Assembly: GCA_020536535.1 (NCBI GenBank)
Contig: JAHLWZ010000896.1
Coordinates: 1-55,362, forward strand
DNA from: Pelomyxa schiedti
Taxonomy: Eukaryota; Protista; Evosea
DNA length: 55,362 nucleotides
Direction: 5' to 3'
Shown here: one piece after another, positions 12,577-24,240 of the stretch
How positions within the stretch are numbered: position 1 is the first letter of the stretch
How the letters are laid out: each line of letters starts with the position of its first letter
Position numbers and translations under genes: made by a program
The notes under the pieces: model-generated
What the model saw: only the letters and a program-made list of their open reading frames with translations
The model's database searches: none
Told to the model about the DNA's origin: nothing

Positions 12577-12921
12577 AAGTAAGAACTTAGCTGAACTTGT
12601 TCTTTACACTTAATCACATCACGTATAAAAATTAAAATAATTTCATAAAAATAATTGAATAATAAATCAAACAACCGGAGACACACCGGAAACGTGTACG
12701 GCAGCGTTGGACCCGTGAAGTTTCACCTTTGGCCTGTACACCATCCTCGACAGGGCCGACGCGTCGGCGCCAGGCAATATCGCGACAGCTTCGGCGGCGG
12801 TCCTCTCGTTGGTCACTCGGGCTACGACGGGAGCTAGACCCGTGATCTCGGGCCAGTAAACGACGCCGCTGGCCGCGCTGCCGCTCTCCTCCGCGTTTAC
12901 TTCAACGTCCACTGCTGCCAT
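11325..12921 (-). CDS. ATP-dependent RNA ligase, Rnl2-superfamily (bacterial/phage Rnl-like); intron-containing
   Basis: The spliced product has all nucleotidyltransferase motifs in order: I YRPKVKLHGSNAAV (Lys codon 12721-12723), Ia QSRTRVLTETSDMAGFARF, III TVFGEWCGPGIQSGVAV, IIIa WAIFSI, IV FGVRGTGEGVVW, V FSFKTKGQHH. The C-terminal domain reads SIEEFAHMFVTEARCQQG...KFLKWMVDDVKKESKTELAASNLTW...AVGNAARQWF. Stop TAA at 11325. Confidence 0.85.
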
Positions 12922-13073
12922 GCCTATGCGTTGGATAGGGTTCAGTTGATTTTTTTTATTTCGTTACGAAAGATGTTTCGTGGAACGTTGTGAAAGTTCA
13001 GAACAAGTTGAACCATGCGGTGAGGGTGAGAAGTGAAAGGCGAAATCAAAGGGATACACAACAGGAACAGAAT

Positions 13074-16000
13074 TCAGCCCCACAACGGCCTGCGGAAGGA
13101 ATCGAGTTCCTCCTGTGCTTTGGTGTGGTTGGAATTGGCTGCTAGCCGGTAGAATGCCACCGCAGTCCGTATGTCTCGGCACAGGCCCCCATCCCCTCTG
13201 TGGTGCAGAACCCCCAGTGAGTACATTGAATTTGGACAGCCTCCATCCGCTGCTTGTTGCCAAAGAGACACCGCTTTCTTCATGTCCGGCTCAACACCTT
13301 CTCCATGTTCATAGTGCTCCCCGAGGCTGAACATCGCTCCAGTGCTGCCTGCATCAGCAGCCAATTGCAGGAACTTTAGAGCTTTGACCACATCAACAAC
13401 CCCACCGGTTCCTTCTTCATAGCACAAAGCCAGGTTAAACATGGCCGAGGCGTCGCCCTCCTCTGCACCTCGCTCATAATACATCATTGCGGTGCCAGTG
13501 TCCTCTGGAACGCCCTCGCCATTCTCGTAGCACACGCCGAGGTTGTTCATCGCCGCTGTGTTGCCGCCATTAGCAGCCCTCTGGTAAAGTGATACAGCCT
13601 TGATGCAGTCCTTTTCAATGCCTTCTCCGCTGTTGTAGCACACAGCGAGATTGTACATAGCATCAGCATCACCGGCTTCAGCGGCCCTCTGCCAAAGTGG
13701 GATGGCTTTTGAAGTATCTTGGATGAAACCACCTTCGCCGACATCAAAGAGAACTCCAAGCATGTGGGTTGCCTGTGGGTCACCGCAGTCGGATCCACGG
13801 CGGTACAATTCAGCCGCTTTATGTGCATCTCGTGTAAATTCACTGTTTTCATCGTAATAGTACATCCCAAGGTTGTACATAGCAGCGGAATCACCATCAC
13901 GCGCTGCACTCTCCAGCAGTGAAAGTGCTTTGCTTGCATTTTTATGCACGCCTCCACATCCGTGTGTAAAACATAGGCCCAGTATTGTCATGCACGCAGG
14001 CTTAAAACGGGGAGGTGGTTGTTGTGGAGCTGCTTGTTCGGTACTCATATTGTGACTCGTAATTACACAAGAAGCTCTGTTTACAAGGTAGGTTAGAAGC
14101 GCACTTCCACACTTCCTCAAACAGATTGTCATCCAGAGTGCCACAAAGAACATGCAGGTCCATGATTGAAAACTGTTGTTATTGCTGTTACTCACTTCCT
14201 CCAGTACTGACAGCCTCGTGACAATGATGTCTTCAGCGAGGTCTGTGGATGTGTCGGATCCACACCACCCACCCCTGACAATGTCCCTTTGATCCATGTC
14301 ATCAAGTAGATATTGGGTAGGAGAGTCGGCCATTGGTGTGTACTTCACAATTTGGATGTTAACCACCTTTGCTGCAATTGTGTAAAGAAGGTCATTCCAT
14401 TCTTCAAGGGTGCTCTCCGTCTTCTGCTTGTTTTTATCGTGGAAGGACAGAACACCTCTGCAAAACTTCCTCAAAAGTGAAAATCGAGGTGAGGTTGCCC
14501 GTGAAAAAGTAGGGTACAAGTCTGCCGGAATGTAATGCAAGGCAAACTGTTCGCGATTTTGTGTGACACAGGTAAGACCATAAAGGAACAGCAAACCAGG
14601 AAGGTATTCCTGCTTGTATTTGTCCACCTCTACACTTTAGTAAGGCTTAATAACGATATCACTGAAAAGATAATCACCATCACCACGGTGTTCCCAGTTG
14701 AAATGCAGAGTAGCCTGCAAGACAAGATCAATTGCGGAAGTGATGTTTCCCAGCTCCCACTGTAAAAGCGCTTTCATCATCATCGCGTTTCGGGGGTTCC
14801 ATCCATCTTTTAAGAACTTAGTGAAACATGTTGCGGGATTTGGAAGGGATGTTACATGAACAGGCGGAAATCTTATCGTTCCACATCTGTTCGTACCAGT
14901 TTGTGCTGCAAAATTCCATTAAAAGCTTCATGACAATGGATGGTGAGAATGGTTGCTGCTGTGACATAGTCTGCAGTTTTACTTGCAAAGGTTTTTGCTT
15001 GTGATTGTACTGGCTGGGGCAGATGTGTCTCATCCACAGTGCTAGAAGCAGCAACTCAGGAAGTGTACCTCCGTGTTGCCGGTCGATGGCTCTTAATAAC
15101 TCAACGGAAGTGATTTGGAGAGATGCCCTTCCTGTGAGAACTTCTGCTATTCCTTTTTTTTCGTCTTTCTCCAGTTGAACAGGCGTTATTATGGATGCAG
15201 AGTAGATGTAATGAAGGAGCAATAAAGCTGGTGCAAAGGAAGGTGTGATTTGAAGTGCCTCACGTACGGTGGACACGCACTCCACAGTTGAAATTCCGCT
15301 GTGAAGTTGGTGCATTGCCTTCATTGTCAGTGATCCTATTTGCATTTATGTATTGGAATGTGGATTTTCCTCTTCACCTGAATCCGTGGGCACCACAATG
15401 TGGGAGTAAAATGAAAGAAGTGTAGACGGATTAGGTGGTCCAAGGTGCTCTAAGATCCTGTACGCGCCCAGGAGTTGTATTCTCTTTGCAGGATCAAAAT
15501 GAAGTAATCCACAAATAAGGTTGCAGAACTCTGGTGGGCAATCTGCCGACTTCACAAGGAATGCTGATTCCTCCCTCTGGGTAAGTGGTATAAGTCCATC
15601 AGCGTCGTAAAAGATCTTTGGGTAGCCAGAGAGTGACTGCCTCCCACACATGGCAAGCTCTAACAGGAGACACCCAAGCCCAAAGGATGGTTGCTGATTG
15701 TTTTTTTGGGAGAAAGTTATGATGGATTCATTGAAGATTAAAAACCCACTGTTTCACAACTCGTGAGAAAGGGTTCTAGGTCTGAGGATTCGGCTTCTTG
15801 GAAGTGCTGAGAAATCTCGTTGAGAATGTCGGGAGCTATGTGCCGTTCATTTCCAGCACAGAACTGTGTGACTTCATTCCTCCTGAATAATTTTCTCTTA
15901 GTCGCACACCAAAGGTCCATCAGAATCAACTGTTCCTTGTTCTTTTGATTGCATCAGAAAAAAAGGGAAGGGGAATGTCAGATAGCGCACACGAGACACT

Positions 16001-16500
16001 GCAAAGGTGTCCAGCTGCAAACCAAAGTGAATTACATCATGATTCACGAACAGGTGTACAAGAGCAGCACATATGTCTTTTGAATACTTATGAACAATGC
16101 ACCACGGGAGAGCGGTATTTTGCATAGTGTTCGTCAAGAAGGTTCCCAAGGATTCTGAGTTGTGCTCCAGGACTATCCAAACAAAGCTATTGCGAGCTGG
16201 GTCATGTGACAGCTCCTCTTTCACAGCTGATGGGAGGTGTTCATAAAACTCCTGGGGTATTCTGTCCTCAAATCGGCAGAAATACCTGCAGATGTTTGGG
16301 TGTGGCTCAATTGCAGCTTCCAAAATGCTTTCATTCTCGATCTCCATCAGAAAAAAATAGAAGATGCAAGTCTCTCAACCTCAACACTGTTCCAGAACAA
16401 ACTGGTGCCCTTGTGTCCAATGATACCAGTGAAAGGAAGTCTAAGGACATAGGACTGTTGCCTAAACATCTCAGGGTGTCCGTTCCCAATGCACTTCACC
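13074..16500 (-). pseudogene. Disrupted protein kinase-like + Sel1-repeat gene
   Basis: Kinase-like segments: PHPNICRYF, HFGLQLDTFAV, LILMDLWCA, QPSFGLGCLLLELAMCG, LLHFDPAKR. Multiple Sel1 repeats (AMYNLGMYY, AMNNLGVCYENGEG, etc.) lie at 13100-14000. In-frame TAA stops at 15346-15348 and 14637-14639, plus apparent frameshifts near 14820-14930 and ~16350. The 5' end is uncertain. Confidence 0.7.
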
Positions 16501-17051
16501 TCGAATGAAATCCCTTTTCATTGTATGTTAGTGACGACGAACCGACACTACCGCCAATCGATATTTTTTTTTTCCCCCTCGTGGTTTTTTCTCCCTTTTG
16601 TTTGGGGAACAGGGACAGACAGTTACCTCGGTGATCACATGCAACAGTAGAGACCAGTTTGAAGTTACTTCCCACCACCCGGGCACCTCGTTTGCCACTC
16701 GCTGCTACATCTTCGAAGAACCTAGTACGTTGTCTCTCTGCTTCGCACTCCAACCACACCCCCTGGTGGTGGTCACCAAGTTGGCTCATCAGTAGAAGCA
16801 AAAACTTGCGTTGTTTTCGCTGCTCACACGGTCGTGGGATTCCCACAATCCCACAAGAATTGATACACCAGTACGGAAAGGAATGCGATGTTCAACCAAT
16901 GCTGGAGTTTGCACTGATGGAAGCGCTAGGTCGATCAGATGTTCCCACGGGAGTCCCGTCACCTGACATTCCCATCGGTGTGACCAGGCCAATTGTGCAT
17001 TTTTTTGGGCTCCCCACAGGGCCAACAACAGGAATAATCTACACCGAAAAG

Positions 17052-18230
17052 ATGTTCGAATCGCTGTTCGGCAAGAAGGACAAGGGGGCGGCGCCCGCGT
17101 CGGCGGCCATCGCGTACGAGACCACGTTCTTCACGCTTGTGGCCAACGACAACCGCCGATGGGCCATGATGTCCCGCGTGAAGCCCTCGCCCAAGCCAGC
17201 GACCACCAAGTCCAGTTGGTTCGGGGGAGGCTCGTCGTCGTCGGCATCGAGCGCGGCTCAGGAGGTTGGGGTGGTGCCCGTTTTGACGTGGCCCGAACCG
17301 TCGCTGCCTCTCTACGCTTTTGTGCCGATTGGACAACCACCACCGCCTACACCAACTGCCCCGAAGGGCTGGTATGCATGTATCACTTTGTATTTCCTTT
17401 CCTTTCGTTTCGTTTCGTATCGTATCGTTTAGTATCGTTTCGTTTCGTTCGGTTTCATGCTCTGCTTCCCCTCCTTCTATATTTCATTGGTGTTTACTTG
17501 AGTACTTGACCTATATTCATTGGTGTTGGTTGAGTGCAGTGCAAAGGTTGGGGATTATGCCGCGATATGGGGCAAGAATCCTGCTGGAATTGACTACTAC
17601 TTGCATGTAATGGCGACATCAGCGGCCAATTTTTCCAGTCTGTTTGCACTTGAATGGAAGCCATCAACACAAGCTGCAGCCACACCAGCAGATGTTGCAT
17701 TCAGATTAATTTCTTCGAAACCCACTGGGACACCTCTGTCAATGCTCGATGGTATTTAACGCATACAATTGCTTATGGGTCAATTTCTTGACAGGGATTG
17801 TGCTTGAATCTTGCAAGTTTCCAGGAGCTTTCATTGTGTTTGACTCGGAAGGCTTCCTTAAGATAGCTCCTGCTGCAAGTGTTCCTCCTAGCAGATTCGT
17901 CATTGCAACACATGATTACGTTGCTCCATCCATGCCACCTCCATCCCACGCAACAAAAACCACAGCATCATCAAGCACTTCGAAGACTACTACTAATTGT
18001 ATGGCTCCCATATTTTCCCAACTTTTTGTGCCACTGACTTTGACATTCATGTACCTGTACACACTTGCTTTTGGATTACAGCTTCCACAGATGCTATGAA
18101 TGCCGCAGTTGCTGCTGCACTCACTGATGCAGCCAAGGACCGATACACAAAGAACCCCGAGCTTATTGTTGATGATGCCGCCAAGCTTGCTTCTGTTGCA
18201 TCGTCAGTAGCAAACAACCCCACAACAAGG
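17052..18230 (+). CDS. Hypothetical protein, weak beta-trefoil-like segment
   Basis: GC-rich first exon MFESLFGKKDKG... followed by spliceable exons (17520-17759, ~17775-17995, ~18080-18230). GIVLESCKFPGAFIVF weakly recalls AbfB-type beta-trefoil strands. The 3' end is not resolved. Confidence 0.4.
17400..17450. repeat. (TTTCG/TATCG)n microsatellite in an intron
   Basis: Directly visible pentanucleotide repeat. Confidence 0.9.
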
Positions 18231-18451
18231 TAGGTGTTTGCACGGTCTGCGTGTTGTAGTTTACACCAACAACAGGAAAGCAGCTTCGGGACTGTTTGAT
18301 GCCATTCTAAGTAGTATGTCAAAGTCCTAGTAACCCTATGTACATAAATAAAACAAGCCTCGATTTCTTTTTCTTGAGAGCAATAAAAAAAAGCGAAAAA
18401 GTTTATTGGTAAAGGTGTTGAGTACTTCACGTGGACTTCGTTTTTAGGGAT

Positions 18452-20099
18452 TCATTCAAGCCGACAAGGAGAGCCTTGATGTGTTCCTGGGGTACACATG
18501 CATCACGCAGCATGAGTGCAGTAACTCCCTTTTGAGAGTTGAGTTTTCCCTTAGAGAATGTTTTACGATACCTTTGCAGCGAAGGAGTCGGTAATGTGGG
18601 CGATTTTGAACCACATTAGATCATCTGACAACCCAAGTGTCTGTAGCACTCGATCAATTTCGGCATAGGGATCTGTTTAGGAGTGTAAATTAGTCTATTA
18701 TCATCCGTAAGGCTGATAACAATACAAAGCAACACAAAGGATGAGGGAATACCATCTTGTGGAGTTATATCGTCATGTGTTATCATTTCAGGTTGTGTGG
18801 TTTGTTCGGGTGTTGGTTCTATTGTTGGTTTTATAGATGCAGTTGTCGAAATTGCTGCTGTTTCGTGTGATTGTGTGATATTTGCTTTCGGTGGTTGTTG
18901 GGGTGTTTGGGTCCCTACCTGCGGTGTTGATTGAATGACTGGGGGCAGTGTGATTTGAGTTGTCTTGGGCAGGTTGTGTGTTTCCTCTGCTGGTGTTGGT
19001 TGCTGAGTTGACGTTGAAGTCTCTGTACCACCTGAACACTCCTGTGCCGAAATGAGAAACTAAATACCTTAATATGTAACTCACGGGCTGTTTGGGCTCA
19101 GTGAGAGATGGTGACGTTGCTTTTCCCAGTAAGGCCAACAAAGTCTCACTCTGTTGGCCTAACTCCTGGAGGACACTGGTTACATTGTCTCCTTTCTTGG
19201 TTTCTTTACTAAACTGAGTTAGGGCTAATAACAATGCGCAGTTTCACAAACCGACCTGCAGACGGGCAAAGGATAGCCACAGTTATATGTGTTGAGTGCT
19301 TGCATCATGGCAAGATAGGCTCCTTTTACGACGGGAAATGGGCCACTAATAGTTGCCGTCTGGTCATCTTTCTGTAATCATGTGAGTGGACCTCTGAAGC
19401 TTACTTTCTTGCCTATAAAGACACACATGATACGGAAGTACTATCTTGACACCCTTGTTTTCCACCAGTATTTGATGGTACCGATTAGTGTACTGCGATG
19501 AATAAATAAAGCACTGCCGCTTCCATGGATGGAGAACGAAGTGCAATTCCACTATTCCATTAGCTGGGTGCACTTAAGGAAAAAAAGCAGGGAGAAAGGT
19601 TGATACCAGGTAAATTCATGTTAAGAAGTGCTTCGACCGCGGCTAAAACACGTTCATAATGTCCTCTTATTACTAACCGCCATTCGCTCTCTATGTGAGG
19701 GTAAGGACGATTTTAAAAAAAAAAAAAGGGAAAAAAAAAAGGGAAAAAAAAAAAGGGGAAAAAAAAACCCCAGTGACAGAAAGCGCACTGAGACCAAGAG
19801 TAGTGGGAGTGGGTGGCTTTTATTTACCGCGATAGCGACGAGAAGCTTCGCCGCCTTGTGCTCTAATGGTATCAATGAAGACGTCATGGTGGCTAGATCT
19901 TAGATGAAACTTCTTGGTGTCAATGGCGTGCTTGTCCTCCGCCGTGAGGTTGGCAACCACCTCTATTTCTTCCATAAAGTGAATCTCTTCCTTGTCTGGT
20001 GTTGGCGGTGACGGGAGAACAGGGTAATGATGTCTCGTGGACTTTGGTTTTTGTTTTTTCCTCCTTTGCCGATTTCCTCTTTTCCCCTCCAGCTTTCAT
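18452..20099 (-). CDS. Hypothetical protein with two divergent KH-like segments, a Thr/Pro/Gln linker and a C-terminal SAM-like domain
   Basis: Exons with GT-AG flanks give EWRLVIRGHYERVLAAVEALLN, VELHFVLHPWKRQCF...GVKIVLP...TATISGPFPVVKGAYLAMMQAL, an open T/P/Q-rich exon at ~18770-19045, and IDRVLQTLGLSDDLMWFKIAHITDSFAAKGVTALMLRDACVPQEHI. Stop TGA at 18452. The start and two junctions are unresolved. Confidence 0.45.
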
Positions 20100-20304
20100 C
20101 TCTAACGCAGTTGGATTAGTCCTGGAACTAGCTGTGCTTTCATTCTCTGCCAGGAACTTGCTCAATTCCCCTTACCTGTTTGAACCACATTCTCCAGTTG
20201 CAATGTTCCCTGATTCTCCCAGTCCCAAGGTGATCGATCAATTAACTCCCCGGGATACGTGAAAACTCTTCCATTTTTTTCGTACGCGAGCCGGTCGACG
20301 GGAC

Positions 20305-23300
20305 ATGTCGTCGTCCTCCCTTGGCGCACCTGCTGCCACGTCAGCAGCAACTGCAAACCGAAGCAACGCACCACCGGGACCGTCGTCCTCGGCCCCCACG
20401 ACGCAGCACCCACGGCCGAGGGTGTTCAGCCGCGCCGACGGCTCTTTTCTCCCTCCCATAAGTTCTTCTTCCCCATTGTACGCAACCACGGCCTCTTCGT
20501 CATCCCCCTCCTCTGATTCCTCTCATGCAACGACATCAACATCAACATCAACATCAGCACCTACATCGAATACTACTACCGCACTACCACCTGGATCAGC
20601 TCCCAGTACCGCGGCCACCTCAGCGTCCATTATTGGTGTCAGTTCCTCTGATGGACATGGACCTCACCTTGGACCAAGGAGGACCGTCTCATCGAACGCG
20701 ATACAGGCCTCCAAGCCCACCAGGGCTGCGCCTTTGCCTCCTCGCGGCGACGGCGGTGCTGGCACTGGCTCGGGATCTATTTCTGGCTGCGGCAGCGGGA
20801 CTGGTGGCAGTGCCTATCTTGCATCCGTTTCTGCTTCAAACAAGGTGAATGCTAGCAGTGCCCCGGCTATATCTCGACCTAGGAGTACTCACCCACACTC
20901 GCCTCCTGTATTGTCTAGCTCTCTGGATTTTGGTTCCCTGAGGGTGTTTCCTTCGCACCAAAAACAGCCTGCTGCTACAAGTGCTCAGCAGCAAGCCAGT
21001 TCACTGGAACCTAAAGCTTCTCCTTTAAGTTCTTCTGTGTCCACCACTAGTTTATGTGGAAACGTACCCCCTCTTAAATCGTCTAACACATCTGCTTCTT
21101 CTTTGAAAACTTCAACCACATCGCCAAATCCTATTCCTGCAACTGTTCAAATACCTGATAGTAGCAAGACTACAAGTGTTGTCGTTTCTACTTCTCAATC
21201 AAGCACTCATTCAGAATCACCTGAGAGCTCTACCTGTAGCAATAAAACCGTAGAATCAGGGCCCGAAAGATTAAAACCTTCCAACAAAAGCAACTCCCGT
21301 CCAACTGCCTTAAAAATGAGTGCTGTTGACCATTCAGAAATGCACCATGCTTGGATGAGGATGGGACTGTGCGTAGGTGATGCAGCCTCAGCGATGGAAG
21401 CAGCAACGTCTCCATTTCCTCCTAGCATTTCTGCTTCAGCTGCCACAATGACTTCGAATACTTTACCATCCCCCCCACAGTACTTGTTAGCCAGTATGCC
21501 TAACGACCGAAGACCTACGGTTGGCCCTAACATTTCGGGTCGGCCACAGTTGGCATGGAGCACCATGCGGCCGCCAACCCGTAGTTCAATCTGGGTAATG
21601 AATGGAACGCTCACTGCAATGGCAATTTCAAGTGTGATCAACACAGAGAAGGAATTTGAAATGTACCACAGTACAATTTCTAGAAAGGAAGGAGCCGAGA
21701 TAGAATCTCCTAGACATAAAAGTGCCGATGTTTACAGCTCAGCAGGAAATATTCAAAGTGTGGTTAGCCTTGAAAACCAAGATGAGGCTATACAAAGTGC
21801 AGAAACTCCTGAAAATCATAACAACTCGCCAATTGCAACAGTAACCTTAATGCCTCACACAAGGCGAAAAAAGGTTGTTATTGCAGAGAGTGCCCGCGAA
21901 CTGCAACATCACCTTAACAGTTCTACAGCTACTCTTAACCATAGTATCACTGGAGGGCATCGTCATCACCACCACCACAGCCATTCACATAAGCGTAGTT
22001 CCTCACAGTCCGTGAAGATGACTTTACTGGATCTAACAACAACAGGCCATTCTCCCACATTCTTTTTAAGGTATTAACACTAAATATTACAGAAGGAGCC
22101 TTACAAGCAGCCACCAACCTTTCTGCGTATATTGAAAAGCATGTCACAAATGAATTCCTCTATGTGGCTCCAGAAGTTGTTCCTGACGTTTCTGGTGTTA
22201 AACGGTCAGTGTGTTGTTGTAACCTTTCCCCTCCCCCACCCCACTCCCTCATTGCTGTAGGCAAGCTGCCAGTCTTTCTATACTGATGCGGTTATTTCCA
22301 CCACTACATACAGCCTGCTACGCTTTACTAGATTTAATCACGTTATTCTTCCTTTCACACTGCCATTTCTGGTCACACGTTTACCAGCGATTTCCCTGGT
22401 GTTCTTATTCCAGAACCATTTGCCGATTTTCTTGATACACATATTCCTTGTGCATTCAAACCTGAAGTACTCTTTGCATTCTTAGAGTCTGACGCTATTG
22501 GTATCCTGTCAAATCTTCCAATACATTTTATTTATAGGTTGTCTTCCAGCTTTTTGGAATGTCCTTCTAAATCACATCCGTTTTTGTGTACAACATGGAA
22601 GAGACGTGCCAGCACTGGCATCTGCTTTTTCTGGCAGACTCATACAAGTTGCTCCTCCTTCATGGTCCAATATTCAGGCAAGTATTTTGACTAAAGGCTT
22701 GTCATCACTTCTTTTTTACATTTTATTAGGAGTTTAAGCTATATGCACAGTTAGTTGAATACCTGGATAGACCCCAAGATTCCCTATCTTTTAAAGTCTT
22801 AGAGAGAGTATTTTTTTTTTTCTCTCAGCCAGTTATCACTACTAAATTCCCCATGCCAGGTTTTGGTTGAAGATTGTACCTTCGTTTTAGTGAGAGGGTT
22901 GTGCCGAAACTGTGCTGAAAAAACTGAATTACCTCTGCTGATGCGATCTTTATTAAGAATATGCGCTAGACACAACTTGTGCCTCCCTTTATTCCAGAAG
23001 CTTCTCGCCGAGGATATAGCAGAATCCAAATCACTGTCGTATGTCTCTTCACCGTTTTTCACTCACCTAAAGTCACTGCTCTTCCCTTGACCTCACCCTT
23101 TTTTTACAGGAATGTACTGGAAAACCACTCCTTACCAGCATTGCTGTTCAAACAGCTCATACACAACTTTGCAAAAGATTACCTTGTGCAATCATTAAAA
23201 CCAGCAGTTGCCATTATAGCTCAAAGTGCAGACGCCTTTGTGGTACCTTTTTTGTATTAAACTGGTGGAGATGGAACTTGATTTCTTTTCAGGTAAAATC

Positions 23301-24155
23301 TGCAGGGAAGTCGGAGGCAAAACACCGCCAAACTGAGGAGCAGCAGTTGACAGTGTTGAAGACAATACAAAAGACTTTGGAGCATATTCTCAACTCTTGC
23401 AGCTCATGTCCTATGTGTGCAAATGTTTTTTCAACTTTTAAGCTTGTTCTAAAACAAACAGGATTCTAAGACAAATTTTCCGGCTGTTCCAAGATCTGCT
23501 CGTGGCCAAGTACAAGCTCACAGAGACAGCAAGGCACCAATTCGTTGGTGAAAAACTACTGTTCCATCTCTACTGCCTTCCCCTCCGCGAGGGATTACAA
23601 AATCTTTTTCCACCCCAGATGTCCACTATAGGTTCTAGAATTCCTACCTTTTACTTGATAGCTAACCAGATAAAAAAAGACCAGGTACCTTTGCAAAAAA
23701 TCCTCACTACTATTGCTGAAGTTCTTCCACTCATTGCCAGTGGTGGACATCCATTTAACCCCAATCTTGAATTCCTTACTCCATGGGCTCTGTCCAAAGC
23801 CTCCAGCCTATTCTCCTTCCTCGACTTCTTTGTGGTTCCTATCCCCTCCTACTACGCATATACATATTTCCGGGTTAAATTATAATATTAAAACAGGAAG
23901 TGGACACATCAATAACTAAAACGCCTCCTTGGAGAGGTGACCTACTTCTGGACCTCACAATTGTGAACAACAAATTACTTGCACAATCTGAAATACTCGT
24001 GGAAGAACTCTCCCAAAGGTACATCAGAGCATCATCCAAGGTACAAGTTTCCACATACTACCGAAAAAGAAGATGTATTATGGCAGATTTTTCTCACTCT
24101 TATTTAGCTCACAGACTTCATTGAAGCAACTACACAACTGGACAGTAGTATATGA
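20305..24155 (+). CDS. RasGAP-fold protein with a long low-complexity N-terminus; catalytic residues degenerate
   Basis: A 590-codon Ser/Thr/Pro-rich first exon is followed by exons matching RasGAP helices: LMRSLLRICARHNLCLPLFQKLLAEDI, NVLENHSLPALLFKQLIHNFAKDYLVQSLKPAV, LEHILNSCSSCP, HQFVGEKLLFHLYCLPL, KILTTIAEVLPLIA...FNPNLEFLTPW. Confidence 0.65.
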
Positions 24156-24240
24156 GGCACATAGTGTTGTATTTTTTGCTCGCTTTTTTGCTTGTTGTGC
24201 AAATAGGTTTAAGTGTAATAAAAGAATTCTATTTTTTTGT

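Noticed and set aside
5167-12921. Phosphatase plus ligase as a Pnkp-Rnl RNA-repair operon equivalent
   Set aside because: The phosphatase is a Cys-based PTP-type enzyme, not a Pnkp kinase/phosphatase, and unrelated genes lie between them.
14637-15348. TAA reassignment (alternative genetic code) explaining the in-frame stops
   Set aside because: Intact neighbouring genes terminate at TAA (5003, 5167, 11325), and the same gene also has frameshifts.
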